From Chrysomallon squamiferum (taxonomy: Eukaryota > Animalia > Mollusca), in the NCBI GenBank assembly GCA_012295275.1, contig CM022672.1, forward strand, positions 24,924,001-24,988,000: a DNA stretch of 64,000 nucleotides, written 5' to 3'. Positions 1 through 12,240 of the stretch are shown piece by piece. The position numbers and the translations under genes are program-made. How positions within the stretch are numbered: position 1 is the first letter of the stretch; every line of letters starts with the position of its first letter. Below the pieces are notes generated by a model that was not told the DNA's origin, did not search any database, and worked only from the letters and a program-made list of their open reading frames with translations.

Positions 1-1
1 T

Positions 2-223
2 CCTATGAATTCAGAAATGGAAAATTTGTTAAATTTTGTAACAAACGACACAGATCCACCTCCAGAGATAAATGTGGATTCAGTGAAAACCATATCAAAG
101 CCTTCAAAAAACAGAGCTGGAAACCCATTAATCAGTTTAAAAATGCTGTTTTGTAAAACTTTTAATGGAGACTTCAATTTCAATCTTTCCCTCTGTGAAA
201 AACGGCTGAAGGCACAGAGTTAA
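2..223 (+). CDS. Probable 3'-terminal coding segment of an unidentified gene entering from the left edge (...PMNSEMENLL...CEKRLKAQS*)
   Basis: Frame open from base 2 to TAA at 221-223, with non-repetitive protein-like composition and higher GC than the AT-rich DNA that follows (AATAAA near 337). No family recognised. Confidence 0.45.
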   Translation, partial: PMNSEMENLLNFVTNDTDPPPEINVDSVKTISKPSKNRAGNPLISLKMLFCKTFNGDFNFNLSLCEKRLKAQS

Positions 224-854
224 GGATTCTAGTTATGTTATTATTTTGTAATTTTATTATTTTTTTATGAATGTCATTCATTACTAATGAGCAGTGTAGA
301 TAATAATTATATCCTCATCCAATGTAAAAAAATAATAATAAAAAGTATGTGTGTATATATCAGAATGGTGTGCTGTTTACTGATTAATTTATACAGGATT
401 TGTCGAAAGAAACTAGTTATTAAGACCTAATTAATGAGCCTCAAGTGACAAAATGAAAAAAACCCAAACAATTGAACCTCAATGTAAATTTCATTCTATA
501 CACATGGTAATTTATAAACGTAAGGATTTAATCATTTTTAGTTTTGTAACAAAGAACCTAAATAAGTTGTAAATAAATTTTAAAAATAATAAAACCTTTT
601 GTTTATTATTATCAAAATTATAAAATTAAAAATCCATTTTATTTATCCCCAGTGTAAAAAAAAACAACACCAAAAAACAAACAAAAACAACATTAAAGAT
701 CATTTTGCAAACCATTCAAAGATTTTATTATATACTTATTGAAAACATTTATATATGTTACAATAATTATGTACACGCAGATATATACAACTAAAAGAAC
801 ATGAAAATCCTTTACAATCTTTTTAAAAAGAAAAAATGTTTAGCCTTTGTCATT

Positions 855-903
<49 letters not shown>

Positions 904-2518
904 TCTTTCTCTCTACTTCAGTTCATGACTGGTACATACAAATGATTTTAAAGCTTTGTTAACATGTAATTCTTATATAACTTTTTGTAAAAGTAAAAGA
1001 AAAAATATTTTATTAACAATTCAGAATTTAAAGTATTTACATCAGTGGAAAATAACATGAGGCATTGTAGAGGAATCAATAATTGAATAATTAGTAAAAA
1101 AAAAAAAAAATATGGAAGAAAGCCATAACCCATATCACCATGGTTACTTATACTGGGAAAAAAGACATAAGTCTATGTATATAAATGTAACTAACAAAGG
1201 AATGTTATGCTGTTAATCACTGACCTTCAGTACATTTGTAAACACTAGTAAATTCATACTGCAAATAGATATATATATTTTAGAAAAAAATGAGAACAAA
1301 CATAAAATAAAATAAATAGTTGGCAGATCATATTTTAGGGATTTTTTCTGGGGGGGTTTGTAGGTTTTTTTAAATTTAAATTGTGCTGAATAATAAATAA
1401 ATGCAAATATTTTATGATTATGTAACCAAGACTTTCTTTATTTTATTATTCATTACTTTTTATTTCTTTCTTTCTTTCTTTGTTTATTATTATTATTTTT
1501 TATAAATTGTTATTGGGTGTGGCTTTTTTGTCCTTTTATGTTCTGCTTGGATGTATTAAAGCTACATTAGTAATTTGAACAGTTAACAATTCATTATTAT
1601 CTATTTGTAAAGAAAATGAGTGGAGCGATCAAATCATTAACTCTAAATATTATGTCAAAGAAATTAAAATATAAAACTTTTTACATATTATAAAATGCTG
1701 AAATAAATCATTAAACCACCTCTTACTAAATTATACACATTGTTTTTTATATCTGAACAAAAAGGAAAACTACAATAAAAATATTATTCAGTCAAAACAG
1801 ATTATTATTTTAAGAAAATAAAATAAATAATAATTTTAAAAAAGCTAATTTTAAAATATACAGTTAAATTAAAATACATATCAGGTTGTTAACAAATATA
1901 TAAATAAAACAATTTATAGAACATTTTATTCCATTAATATATATATATATTGTCTGGTTAATATACATAAATTATTATAAAACATATTTATAAGAGATCT
2001 ATGATTTTATATCATCATAAACAAAATACTGTTCTTATTGCACCCATTGGAATTCAATACCCCTGTCTGTTACTTAAATATTAATAACTTTTATATTTAG
2101 AATCCATTTACATTGAAATTATACTATTTGTCAAATCATTCACACAAAATAAAGATTAAAAATAATTGTAATAAAGACAGAGTCAGATCTAAAGCATGAA
2201 AGTCTGCAGCATCTCACTCAAGTGCAGATTACATACGTTTCTTTTCAATCATTTTGTTCAAACACACCAGCTTTTCATTAAAAATAAAATAAATAGAAAT
2301 TCTCATCATTTGCTTTGCTAAAGTAAATCATTACTGAAAATGAAATAATAATAATAACAATAAAAAATATATATTACAACTCGGTATCTTCAAAACTGTA
2401 ATTCTCTCTTTGATTAGAACTGTTTTTGGTTTTTAGGGGTTTGTCAAGGGATTGGGGGCTTTTTAGGTGGGTTTAAAAATTTTGAAAACTTCTAAATATT
2501 ATGATTCACTTTCTTAAC

Positions 2519-2929
2519 TCACAATTCAATGAAAAGAACAGAAATATATCCAAAACCTCCTATTAGGATTAAACAAATGTGCAACAGAAAGATAATTAAG
2601 TCATTAAAAATCTTCAACTCAAATGGCTGTCTCTGTAACAATATGAGGAAAAGAGTTACTTTGTACTGGAAGCGAAGACACAAGTATGTGAACACATAGC
2701 CAATGAGAAAGAGCAAACCAAGAACAGCCAAGCAAAACATGGACACTAAACCTGACATCAGGTACATTGAGAATCGGAACTGGATGTATATTATTGACTT
2801 CTGGAAATGGCTTTCACACAATGCTGTATTTCCCCTGTGAGAAAATCGCTTCAGGTAGGTTTCTGATGTCATGATGCAGGTGCAGTGGGGTCCCTGAATT
2901 GAGCGGATTTTCCTGGGTAATGGAAACAT
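2519..2929 (-). CDS. TMEM250: Transmembrane protein 250 (C9orf69) orthologue, single coding exon, ~136 aa; in-frame upstream ATG at 2980 is an alternative start
   Basis: Translation MFPLPRKIRSIQGPHCTC...FRFSMY...YLCLRFQYKVTLFLILL...FNDLIIFLLHICLILIGGFGYISVLFIEL* is colinear end to end with human TMEM250 as recalled (PIPRRVRSFHGPHTTC...IRFLLY...LLRFQRKLSVLLLLL...VNELLVYGIHVTMLLVGGLGWCFMVFVDM). ATG at 2929-2927, TGA at 2521-2519. Confidence 0.88.
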   Translation of the reverse strand: MFPLPRKIRSIQGPHCTCIMTSETYLKRFSHRGNTALCESHFQKSIIYIQFRFSMYLMSGLVSMFCLAVLGLLFLIGYVFTYLCLRFQYKVTLFLILLQRQPFELKIFNDLIIFLLHICLILIGGFGYISVLFIEL

Positions 2930-3116
2930 CAGACTGCTGCAGCTCACTGCTAAGTCAAGTGATGCAGTGGTACTTTCCATCAAATGTAGTGTCACGTTCA
3001 AGTTTAAAGTTTAATCTGCTGATCGTAGGACCTTCCATTACTCACAGATGATGCAGTATTATAGATTTCTGTAAAAATTATCTGTTTTGACAACTATGTG
3101 ATTCAATACTGAACAT

Positions 3117-4472
3117 CTGAAAAATAAAGTAAAAATATAAATATCACCAATCATGATTAGTTTGTTAGAAAATATTAATTTAATGCATGGATCTGTAAAT
3201 TTCTACAGAATAATTTGCTTAGAAAAAAAACCATGTGCAACATTTTTATTTGGACCATAACAAAATAACTACAAATATATATGGAATAAATACGATCAAA
3301 TACAAACAACACACCTATATAGATAATCTGCAAAACATACATCTATAGGCTTATGTGTGTGTGTGTGTGTGTGTAACTGTATATGTATGTATATTTTATG
3401 GGATATTTTTGAATAACTAATTCTATTTATACAGTTAATACAGTTAAACATTTTCATCGGTGTGCACCTTGTAATTAATCTTTAAAAATGTCAGTAACTT
3501 GTAAGTATAGTAACTCTCATTCTGTGTATGTTAACAAGTCCACAGATCAAAGTACAATTACTGCTGTTTATGTTATCTGATAAGTGAAGGCTATCCTATT
3601 TTCACATTCAGTCTTCCTTGTTGGTGGTAATCATTGTAAGATTGGATGTAGTTGGGTTATAAATTCTACCTTTTTAGAACTGAGGTGGCACCACCATATG
3701 GTGGAAAAACTTAGAGCTGTGATGGAAGCTGAGGATATCTACACATTATACTGGACTGACAAATATTCTTATTATAATTCTGTATAATATGACAACAGAA
3801 ACAGCCTTTGTTGTTACAAGAAATTAAAAATTATGACCATTATTACCATCATTCAATGTACAGAATAAAGTAACCAATAAAACAAGATCTGCATATTACA
3901 TCAAATCAGGTAAGCTATTAAAAAAAATATATATATTTTCTTAATTCCTCATTATCAATATTTTCTATAGTAATAATTACTGAATTGGATTTACATCAGC
4001 ATAATTAATTTACAGATTGTTTTAAGATGTATTCTTTTTGACTTACTTCCTTCGCAATATAATGAATATTTCTAATAAAATTTTAATGAAATACTCACAT
4101 ACTGAAATATTTCAAATAGCTAATTAAATAACAAAATATGTAGTTTAGCATCCACGGTGACGATAAATGTTTCTTTTGCAAATATATTGGGGGAAGATTA
4201 TATAATTTAATAAATATTATAAACATATATAACAATGTTTAAATTAAACTATACTAAATACGTGCTATCTGATTACCGCTTTCACAGAAGTACTACTGTG
4301 CTAGCAGTCAAGCAAAGTAATCTTCATTATCTTGTAATAATTTAACATTAATTTGTGATCCGCCCTAGAAAAATATTTCTGAAATAACTGCAAAGATATA
4401 TGAAGATGACTGTGCCAGTATTTCTTATTCAAAATAGCATAACAAACTTGTAGCTGTAAATAATAAAATCAC
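3117..4472 (-). other. TMEM250: Probable 5'-UTR intron of TMEM250
   Basis: Minus-strand donor AAG|GTGATT at 4473/4472 and acceptor CTTTATTTTTCAG| ending at 3117; most of the interval is CpG-poor. Confidence 0.55.
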
Positions 4473-5526
4473 CTTTACGTCCACATGACTTCGGACGTTA
4501 ATTCCGAATTATTCCTTCCAATCCCACTTTGAGTATGTCGTAAATATAACGTATAAAATATCGTAAAAATTATCGCATCTAAATATTATAAGGGGAGAAA
4601 GTAACAATCCTCTAAACGAAGTCAATAATGTAGACAACTCTCAAAACAGCTGAGCAATAATGAATTTTTTAAGTATAAAATAAAATTTTCGTTATGGTCT
4701 AACCGGAAATCTTCGAAAGGAACAGATTATAAAAAAGCGGACCGGATCAAGTTATACAGACTAAATGTTACTGAAAATACCTGTCAAAAGTAAATGTAAT
4801 TCATACCCCTCGGATAAATAGTTTTATCAGTTAAACATACGTTATTCTGATATCATTAAAAACAAGAGAGGGAACGCTACCTGAGCTAATTCGCATTTCT
4901 TCGTCCAAAAAGATAATGAATAGCTATAAACTATAAACAAAATATATAAAAACTATAAATAAATAAATAAATAAATAAATAACAATAATAAAAAATAATA
5001 TTAATAAATACATTCAAATTAAAATAATTTTAAACGTATGAAATCACAAAGTAGGTCTTCTTTTCGACGAAAACATTTTACAAGAAAAAGAAGAAATAAA
5101 ATTAGCTGGTGTAACCTGAGCATTCATGAGGTTGATCTGCGCAAAAGCTTAATAATAATTTTATAACCTTCACAGTGCTCAAACTTTAGATATTTGTTGC
5201 TATTTTAAATAAATTATTATTATTATGAAGGGCTTCAATTCATTATCAATAATCAAGGGCTTCAATTACAAATGCAAATTAGTGTTATTGTTTGTTTTTT
5301 GTTATTATTTTTATTATTTTGTTTTGTCGTAGAACATCATTTTTATAATTTTATTAATTAAATTTCTATGGGTTACAACTGATATTAAAATGTTTTGTTT
5401 TTGCAAAACAAAACAACAAACAAATTTGATCCGCATCCGTGTTTTCAATAAACATCAACCGAACTTGCACTCAATTTAGTGCGGTGCTCTATGTGTGGAG
5501 TGGAAAATACAATAGGAAATATTGAG
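4470..5526. promoter_or_regulatory. Divergent (bidirectional) promoter region between TMEM250 and ACBD6
   Basis: Head-to-head gene geometry; local retention of CpG between two CpG-depleted gene bodies; ETS-like CCGGAA at 4703-4708; AAGGGCTTCAATT occurs twice at ~5228 and ~5255. Confidence 0.65.
4473..4710 (-). other. TMEM250: Probable non-coding first exon of TMEM250 (5' boundary approximate)
   Basis: CpG-retaining segment ending in a GT donor at 4472, adjacent to an ETS-like ACCGGAAAT motif at 4702-4710. Confidence 0.45.
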
Positions 5527-5652
5527 ATGGCAGACGACATCGAAATTGAGACCCTGGAAAATTTATTTAAATCGGCGTCAAATTATGTCAGACAGATTGC
5601 TGCTAAATTAGATTCAGATAAACTGCTATATCTTTATTCCAGATTTAAACAG
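5527..5652 (+). CDS. ACBD6: ACBD6 exon 1 (MADDIEIETLENLFKSAS...LLYLYSRFKQ), start of the ACBP domain
   Basis: ATG 5527, ACBP motif LLYLYxRFKQ, donor CAG|GT at 5652/5653, phase 0. Confidence 0.93.
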
Positions 5653-5929
5653 GTTTTATTTCATATTTTATGTACACCATTTGGTAAAATCTATAATTTT
5701 AAGTGGATGGACTTTTGAACAGTTATTTTAATATTAATTTTATTAATTTAATATATGAAGTATAAGCTTAATTATTTTATTTTAGTTACTTATTTATTTA
5801 AAAATTTTTTTTATCATTTTCATTAAATTAGTATTCTTAATTTTATGCAAGGTACGAATTTACTGGTTATTTGTACATCGAAAGACACATTTTATTCTCA
5901 AAAAGGACGTTAATGATAATATGTGTCAG

Positions 5930-6300
5930 GATAGAGAAAAAAAGGAACAGACTATCTGACTAGAAATATTACAGTGCAGATGAATAATGTGAGAGTCATG
6001 GTTAGCAGCAAGAATCCTCCTGGTTTCAAAGTTTTCATAGATCATGACAAATTAGTGTATGGGATCCTCCCCAGATTCAGAGGTAACCACTTACATGTAC
6101 TTTTTGACCATGATGCTCTAGATAAAGGAGAGAAGAGATCAGATTATTAAAATGGCAGTTCATTTAGGCCAACAACAAAGTGAGGACAGGTGTATCTAAG
6201 GAAAGGATATAGCAGGAGATAGGCAGAGAAGTTGCAGGCAAAAGACTACAGAGAGGAACACGTTTGAGAAATAACTGAAAAATCTAGACATGGATAGACT
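5930..6300 (+). mobile_element. Possible heavily decayed retroelement (LINE-like) remnant in ACBD6 intron 1
   Basis: Purine-rich block with higher GC than the flanking intron and no intact ORF. Resemblance to a LINE 3' end is impressionistic only. Confidence 0.2.
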
Positions 6301-7413
6301 TTCTGTTGACTTTTTTTGATCTCACTGACCTTTTGTCAGAATGAATTGTATGTGAATACAGTGAACTCCTCACATCTACTATTTGAATATTCATGCTCTT
6401 GCTGCAGATTTAACAGAAAGTGATCTGACTGTAACATTTATATTAGTTAACGAATTCTTTTTAGATTTGTGCCCCATTTGAAATTTTGAACAGACACTTT
6501 AATTTTATTTTATAACAATTTGGAATACATTCACTATTGGTGACAGGCCTTATTGGTAATTGCTGTTTTAGCTTTATTTAAATCTCAGGTACTGATAAAA
6601 GACCTGGGACATGGGATATTGTCATCATGGCCAAGTCGTTCCACTGATCTCAGGATTATTTGCAGTTCTGCTAATTTAAGTAATTATTTCCTAATTACAT
6701 TTGACAAAACAAATTAATTAATCTCTTCATTTTCATTTTTACAAATATTATCAAAAGCAGAGACTGGCATTTGCCTTCACTAAAAATGTCATCAAGAAAT
6801 ATTGATTATTAAGGAAGACAGAGAGGAAAAAGGTCAAAATATTGCAGTTTTCAGTAACAAACATCTGTTGTTTAAAGGATTATTTAACTGGCTGAAAAGA
6901 AGCACTTATTATTGCATTTGAAATTACTGTTATTTCTTAATATTCATAATATTCAAACAGTCTTCATATCAGTTTTAAACAGGTTTTCAAGCTCTTTCCG
7001 ACTGTGTTATTTGTTTTCATATTTCAGGGGTTTCAAATTTTTGTCCACTTACCTAATATTATACTTCACACATTTTGAGATTAAGAATTAGAATAAAATC
7101 ATTGTTTGATATCTTCTTGATCATGGTTAATGCCTATTTTTATTAATATAAATGATATTTAATTGCTACAAACTATTTCTTTTCAACAGCTAATACTTTT
7201 ACCTAATTAATTTTCTGTTGTTCTTAGTTAACAGATATAACTGATGCAAACATTGTAATATATATTAAATGTAACTGTAAGAATATACTGTAGTCATTTT
7301 ATAATTTAATATTTTTATTTTTCCAATATTCCTATTTGTTCTCAAATTATGATGGCATATTTCTTCCTGATAGATTTTGTTGATATTTATTTTAATGTAT
7401 TCTTTTGTTCCAG

Positions 7414-7478
7414 GCAAAAGAAGGAACATGCAATGTGCCAAAACCAAGTTTCTTTGATTTTCAAGGAAAGCAAAAATG
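7414..7478 (+). CDS. ACBD6: ACBD6 exon 2 (AKEGTCNVPKPSFFDFQGKQKW)
   Basis: Acceptor TTGTTCCAG|, ACBP motif G-x-C-N-x-PKPSFFDFxGKQKW, donor TG|GT, ends phase 2. Confidence 0.93.
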
Positions 7479-7689
7479 GTATATTAAAACTGTTTCAATA
7501 ATCACATTATACATAATATTTGTTAATAAAATCATTTTATCTTTTTTCACTGCTTGAAATATGTACATGCGAAAACAAATACATAAATAAACTGCTAAAC
7601 TGACTTTTTCTTTTAGTAGAAATTATCATTTATTGGTGTTAAATGTATCTATTAAGTATTTTTATTCTGTAATTTATATTTTCAATTAG

Positions 7690-7786
7690 GGAGGCTTGGA
7701 AAAAACTGGGCAATATGAATAAGAAGCAAGCCATGATGGAGTACATAACTCTTGTAAATAACCTTGCCCCAGAATGGAGCAGCAAG
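7690..7786 (+). CDS. ACBD6: ACBD6 exon 3 (WEAWKKLGNMNKKQAMMEYITLVNNLAPEWSSK)
   Basis: Acceptor TTAG|, completes the Trp codon; ACBP helix motif W-x-A-W...AM-x-EY; donor AAG|GTATGG. Confidence 0.93.
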
Positions 7787-8106
7787 GTATGGATCTAAAT
7801 AATAACAAATGGTACTTGAAAACAGTTCTATCAAGTACATAGTTTATTTTTTGAAACTTCACATAATCAGTTTATTCCTCTCTTTTGAACCTGATTTTGT
7901 AAGCTTATTTGAAAATTAAGAAGCACAAACATGTTAAACAGCAATGAACTACATTATTATTTCCTTTTTCTATTTAATGTGATACAAAATTATTTTGTGT
8001 TTGTCATATAAGTTATTTAATATTTGTAATGTATGATTCAGTTGCATTTAACTTGTGTTGATATCTCACAGAATTTATACTCCATTAGTACTGAATTCAA
8101 TTGCAG

Positions 8107-8295
8107 ATTCAAAACATGACAGAAGAAAAGAAACTGGGTGGCATGGGTGTAGCTGTCAGCACCATGTCCTGTCCTGACGATGTGATTGCAGATGATAATA
8201 AAACTGTGTTTGACTGGTGTAAGGAAGGCAATACTGAACAAGTGAAAAAATTTCTAATAAAGGATATGAACAATGTTGACACACAGGATGAAGTG
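8107..8295 (+). CDS. ACBD6: ACBD6 exon 4 (linker GGMGVAVSTM...KTVFDWCKEGN...DTQDEV)
   Basis: Acceptor TTGCAG|; ACBD6-type linker and FDWCKEG motif; donor GTG|GTGGGT (an alternative GT 3 nt earlier is possible). Confidence 0.9.
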
Positions 8296-9524
8296 GTGGG
8301 TAATATGTATTAACTGATTAATAAGTCTAATTATTATTTATCTTTTTAACAAAATCTCTTAACTGAAGTTTATAATCTTTGAAGAAACATGACAATTTAA
8401 ATTTAAAGTAAAATAAAATTTAATTTGACAGTGATTTTATTAAGGCTGAGTTTATTTATTTGTTAAATATCCTCAGCATTGACAATAGTTAGGACTGGGT
8501 AAAAATATTTTTGCCAGTTGGTTGCACCTCATCCTAGAAAACATCAGGGTAAAAAATAATCTCCATATTGCTGTTTGAAATTAGTTAATAATCTTTGACA
8601 AATATCAGTTATTATGGTGTGTTCAAAATGATTTAATCAATCTTCATAATACATGAAAAATACTGGTAATATTAAGAAATAAAAAGGTCTGATTTGTAAC
8701 TCATGTGCTTGTAAACAAAATGCAAGTATTTTATTCCATGTAGAGTCATAATAAATTCCTTATTTTGTTAAACACTTTTTGATAAAACTTTTAATAACGT
8801 CATAACTGATTGAATAATTCAGTATTCTTAGATACGCATTATTAAATATTCTTTCAAACTCTTACAGTTACCAGTAATAACATTTTAATCACACTGTAAC
8901 CTAATTCCTACATTGGATTGTTTAATTTCATGACTTGTAAAACTGATGTCATCAGTGATGTTGATATCATTGATGGGTTTACTTCTATGGATGTTTGCTT
9001 TTCGCTGAACTTCTGTTCACAGTTGTACCAAATATCTGACAGTATTGTCTACATGTATTGACACTATAGCTGGTCCAAAGTCAGAAGGCTAACTAATAGT
9101 TAATACAGCATTTGTTTTCAGTTGTTGATGAACAAAGAAAAGTCTAATTGACAGTCATGTATTGACAAATGTAGGAGCGGTTGAAGCGTTTAACTTGCTG
9201 CAATACTGGTAACAGATAAAAATTATTTCAATAACAGAAACAGATCCAAGATTTGGACTGAAAAATACTTAAAAGTGTGACCACTAAAAGTCTTTTACAT
9301 GAATGATTTTGTTCCAGAAGATTGCAAATTGATAACAAACTGACAAAAAAGAACATTTATCTGGTTTATGGATGTATATTTTACTTAAGCAGTCTATGAA
9401 ATATCTGAACATATCTGTATACTCTGTAATATGTAGCTGTACAATGTTGTATTGGTCATCAAGAAAAAACCCAGATATGTTTATTATTTATTCTTAAAAC
9501 CAGTATTTATTATTTAATTTGCAG

Positions 9525-9614
9525 GGACTTGCATTATTACACTGGGCCAGTGACCGTGGTTACAAGACAATGGTAGAACTGTTGTTGTCACTGCAAGCCC
9601 AAGTGAACATTAAG
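9525..9614 (+). CDS. ACBD6: ACBD6 exon 5, ankyrin repeat (GLALLHWASDRGYKTMVELLLSLQAQVNIK)
   Basis: Acceptor TTTGCAG|, LLHWAxDRG ankyrin motif typical of ACBD6, donor AAG|GTATTG. Confidence 0.94.
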
Positions 9615-9941
9615 GTATTGTATACATTCCTTTTTTAAATGCCATTCCATAAACATAAATGTTTTTCACAAATAGACATAGAGAACCATATTTTAATATA
9701 ATTCACGTTTTCTTTATTATAATATTTTTTATTGTTGACAACCAGTAATATGTCCGTTTACAGAATTAAACAGACTGAGAAATAAGAGCAAATGTTTGGT
9801 AGCTCCTAAATTTCTAGCTCCTAGCTTCTTAAATTGGTATGATGTATTATTTGTTTTATTCATTCCTTTTCTCCTATGTTTTTTGCTGGAAAAATAACAG
9901 GGTTAATGTTCATTTGTTTAAATTTAGTCTTTTTATTTTAG

Positions 9942-9972
9942 GATGTTGATGGACAAACACCTTTACACTATG
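9942..9972 (+). CDS. ACBD6: ACBD6 exon 6, 31-nt exon (DVDGQTPLHY)
   Basis: Acceptor TTTTAG|, GQTPLHY ankyrin motif, donor G|GTAAGA, ends phase 1. Confidence 0.93.
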
Positions 9973-10427
9973 GTAAGATATCAGTCTTAAATATTATGTT
10001 TTTCATCTTTATGTAGATACATGTGTGTGTTAATTCCAAAAGAGTAAATTAATTATTTGAAATCAGATAATTTTAATTACAATTAAAAAACAAAAGAACA
10101 GTTTTTAGAAAATATGAAATAATCATTTCAAAAATAAGCCACAAACATTCTCAACTTCTGTGTTTTAAAGTAAAATTTTTTTGTAAATGTCATTAATTTT
10201 TGTTCTATTGTGAATACTATACAATTATCAACTTTCATTATTTTTATTTTTGAACAATTACATATGCAAAAAAAGTTTTTGTATCACAAGGAGAATTTTT
10301 TTTCATCTTTAATAATAATAATAATAATAATATCTTCCTGTCTTTCTGGCTTTGACTAACTTTTTTAGTTAAGTACTTAATTTTATTATCATCTTTTTTC
10401 TTTTTTTCTTTAATAATAAAAATATAG

Positions 10428-10579
10428 CTGTGTCATGTGAACATATTGATGTGGTGGATGTTTTGCTAAACCATCAAGCTGATGCAACAGTAAAAGACAA
10501 TGAAGGATTATCACCCCTTGACTGTGCTTCTGAAAATCTCAAACCTGTATTACTAGCAGCTATAGAAGCCAAGACATGA
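10428..10579 (+). CDS. ACBD6: ACBD6 exon 7, terminal (AVSCEHIDVVDVLLNHQADATVKDNEGLSPLD...EAKT*)
   Basis: Acceptor ATAG|, completes the Ala codon and the ankyrin repeat, TGA at 10577-10579. The seven exons sum to 750 nt (249 aa + stop) with all phases consistent. Confidence 0.93.
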
Positions 10580-12240
10580 GAGAGAGTAGAATATTTGCTG
10601 GAAATCTCCCTTTTGTACTTTTATCTCATTTGGCATATTTTATTTATGATCTTCTTTTTACTTCTTTCAAAGGCTGGTGTAGATACATTAAACGGTGCAG
10701 CATTTGAATTTTTCGATCATGATACTTTTTTTCAGGAGGGCAGAAGATAACACAAAGTCATTAAAAGTAGCACAAATAATTAGTCTTTTTTTTTTTTAAA
10801 AGTGAACATTTTTATTAACAATTTAAAATTTTTAACATTTGTAGATTTAGATTGTTTCCTTTTCATAATTTATTTTTACAAAAGAAATAATACTAGTCTA
10901 ATTTCTACAAGTTTAGCTTATGAAAAGTTTGGAAAGTGCTCTCCTGAACTTAGAGATAACATTTTTTTAAAGAGTTACATTAAAAAATGTATTCTTTTAC
11001 TGATTATTTTGTTAGTAATATAACAGTAAAATAGCAAGCTCTGCAGATGAAATGAGGCCCATATTGCCTTTTGTTTTTATTTTTATTATTTATTGTTTTA
11101 AATTTCATATTCAGAAGCAGTTGAAAAATCCTTTGTAGACTGAGGATTAGTTATTTTGTACTTACATAGTCATGCTAGCTTTGAAGAACACAAATATATT
11201 TTAACTTATTTGTATGTATCAAATCACATAAATATAATAATATTAAACATAATATTAAATTTAATTATTATTTATCATTGGTGCACATTATTTTAACAGA
11301 TATTCATTAGAAAAGTTTTACTTTTAGAAAACAATATTTCATACAATGATTGGTAGTTTCTTCTAATGCTATGTAGTAAGTAATCGAGAATAAAGTATTC
11401 ATATTCCCATTAAATATGAATACTGATGATGTGATGTAATATTGTATTTTGACATTCTTATTTATTTTCATATTTTAATAAAATCATTTACAATGACTGG
11501 TTGATCTATTTTTTTGTTGATAAGAAGTGGATTTAGATCTTTGCATAGAAACCATCTTTGTTTTTGGTTAAGAAATCATGTTTTGTTAAAAACTGGAAAC
11601 AATCCCAATGCAGGACATGTTGCATTATCACAGAAAAATTAAATTCAGTGGTTTACCTCTCCGAATAAAATACATTTAATCAGAAAAATGGTTTTCCGAT
11701 ATACATATGTGTGTATTTAATTCAACTTTAAAATAACAATTGACAAAAAAGCTGTGTTTATATTTTTTGTACTACACATGCAACATTAATTTAATTGTAA
11801 CAATTATGATCATACTGCTTTATTTTTTGTCAGAACTGATTTTATACATTTTTCTGCTATTATTTGTTAAATAGATATTACCAAAAATTTATCTTTTTAT
11901 AATTTTAATCAATTACTAAGTTTTTCAAGAACATCTCAAAATACTGGTATAACATTGAATTTGATGTAAATAAATCATTCTTTACAAAATTATTAATGAA
12001 AATGATTATTTTCTAACCATTTTTATTGGAGATTTGTTCCTAGAAATTTCAAATAGTTTTACAGGCAGTTGATATTGTAGAAACCTGAAAAGTATTTAAT
12101 ATTTTTTATTTTAGAAGATTTTAAAAATAAAAATTTAAACAAACTTATTAAATATATATATAATGTTTTTATTTATAATGTGCTGATTGTGAATAATTTT
12201 GTTGCTATAATGTAATAAAAATAATACATTAATTATTAAC
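10580..12240 (+). other. ACBD6: Probable ACBD6 3' UTR (end approximate)
   Basis: AT-rich, CpG-depleted DNA after the stop with several AATAAA hexamers (~11389, ~11478, ~12214); CpG depletion ends near 12.7 kb. Confidence 0.45.

Noticed and set aside
3584-3787. 67-aa ORF and CCACCATATGGTGG palindrome in the TMEM250 intron
   Set aside because: GTG start, no domain and antisense to the host intron; the resemblance of the palindrome to a CTCF site is too weak to call.
8940-9010. Possible intronic C/D-box snoRNA in ACBD6 intron 4
   Set aside because: No exact RTGATGA C box and no convincing terminal stem with the CTGA.
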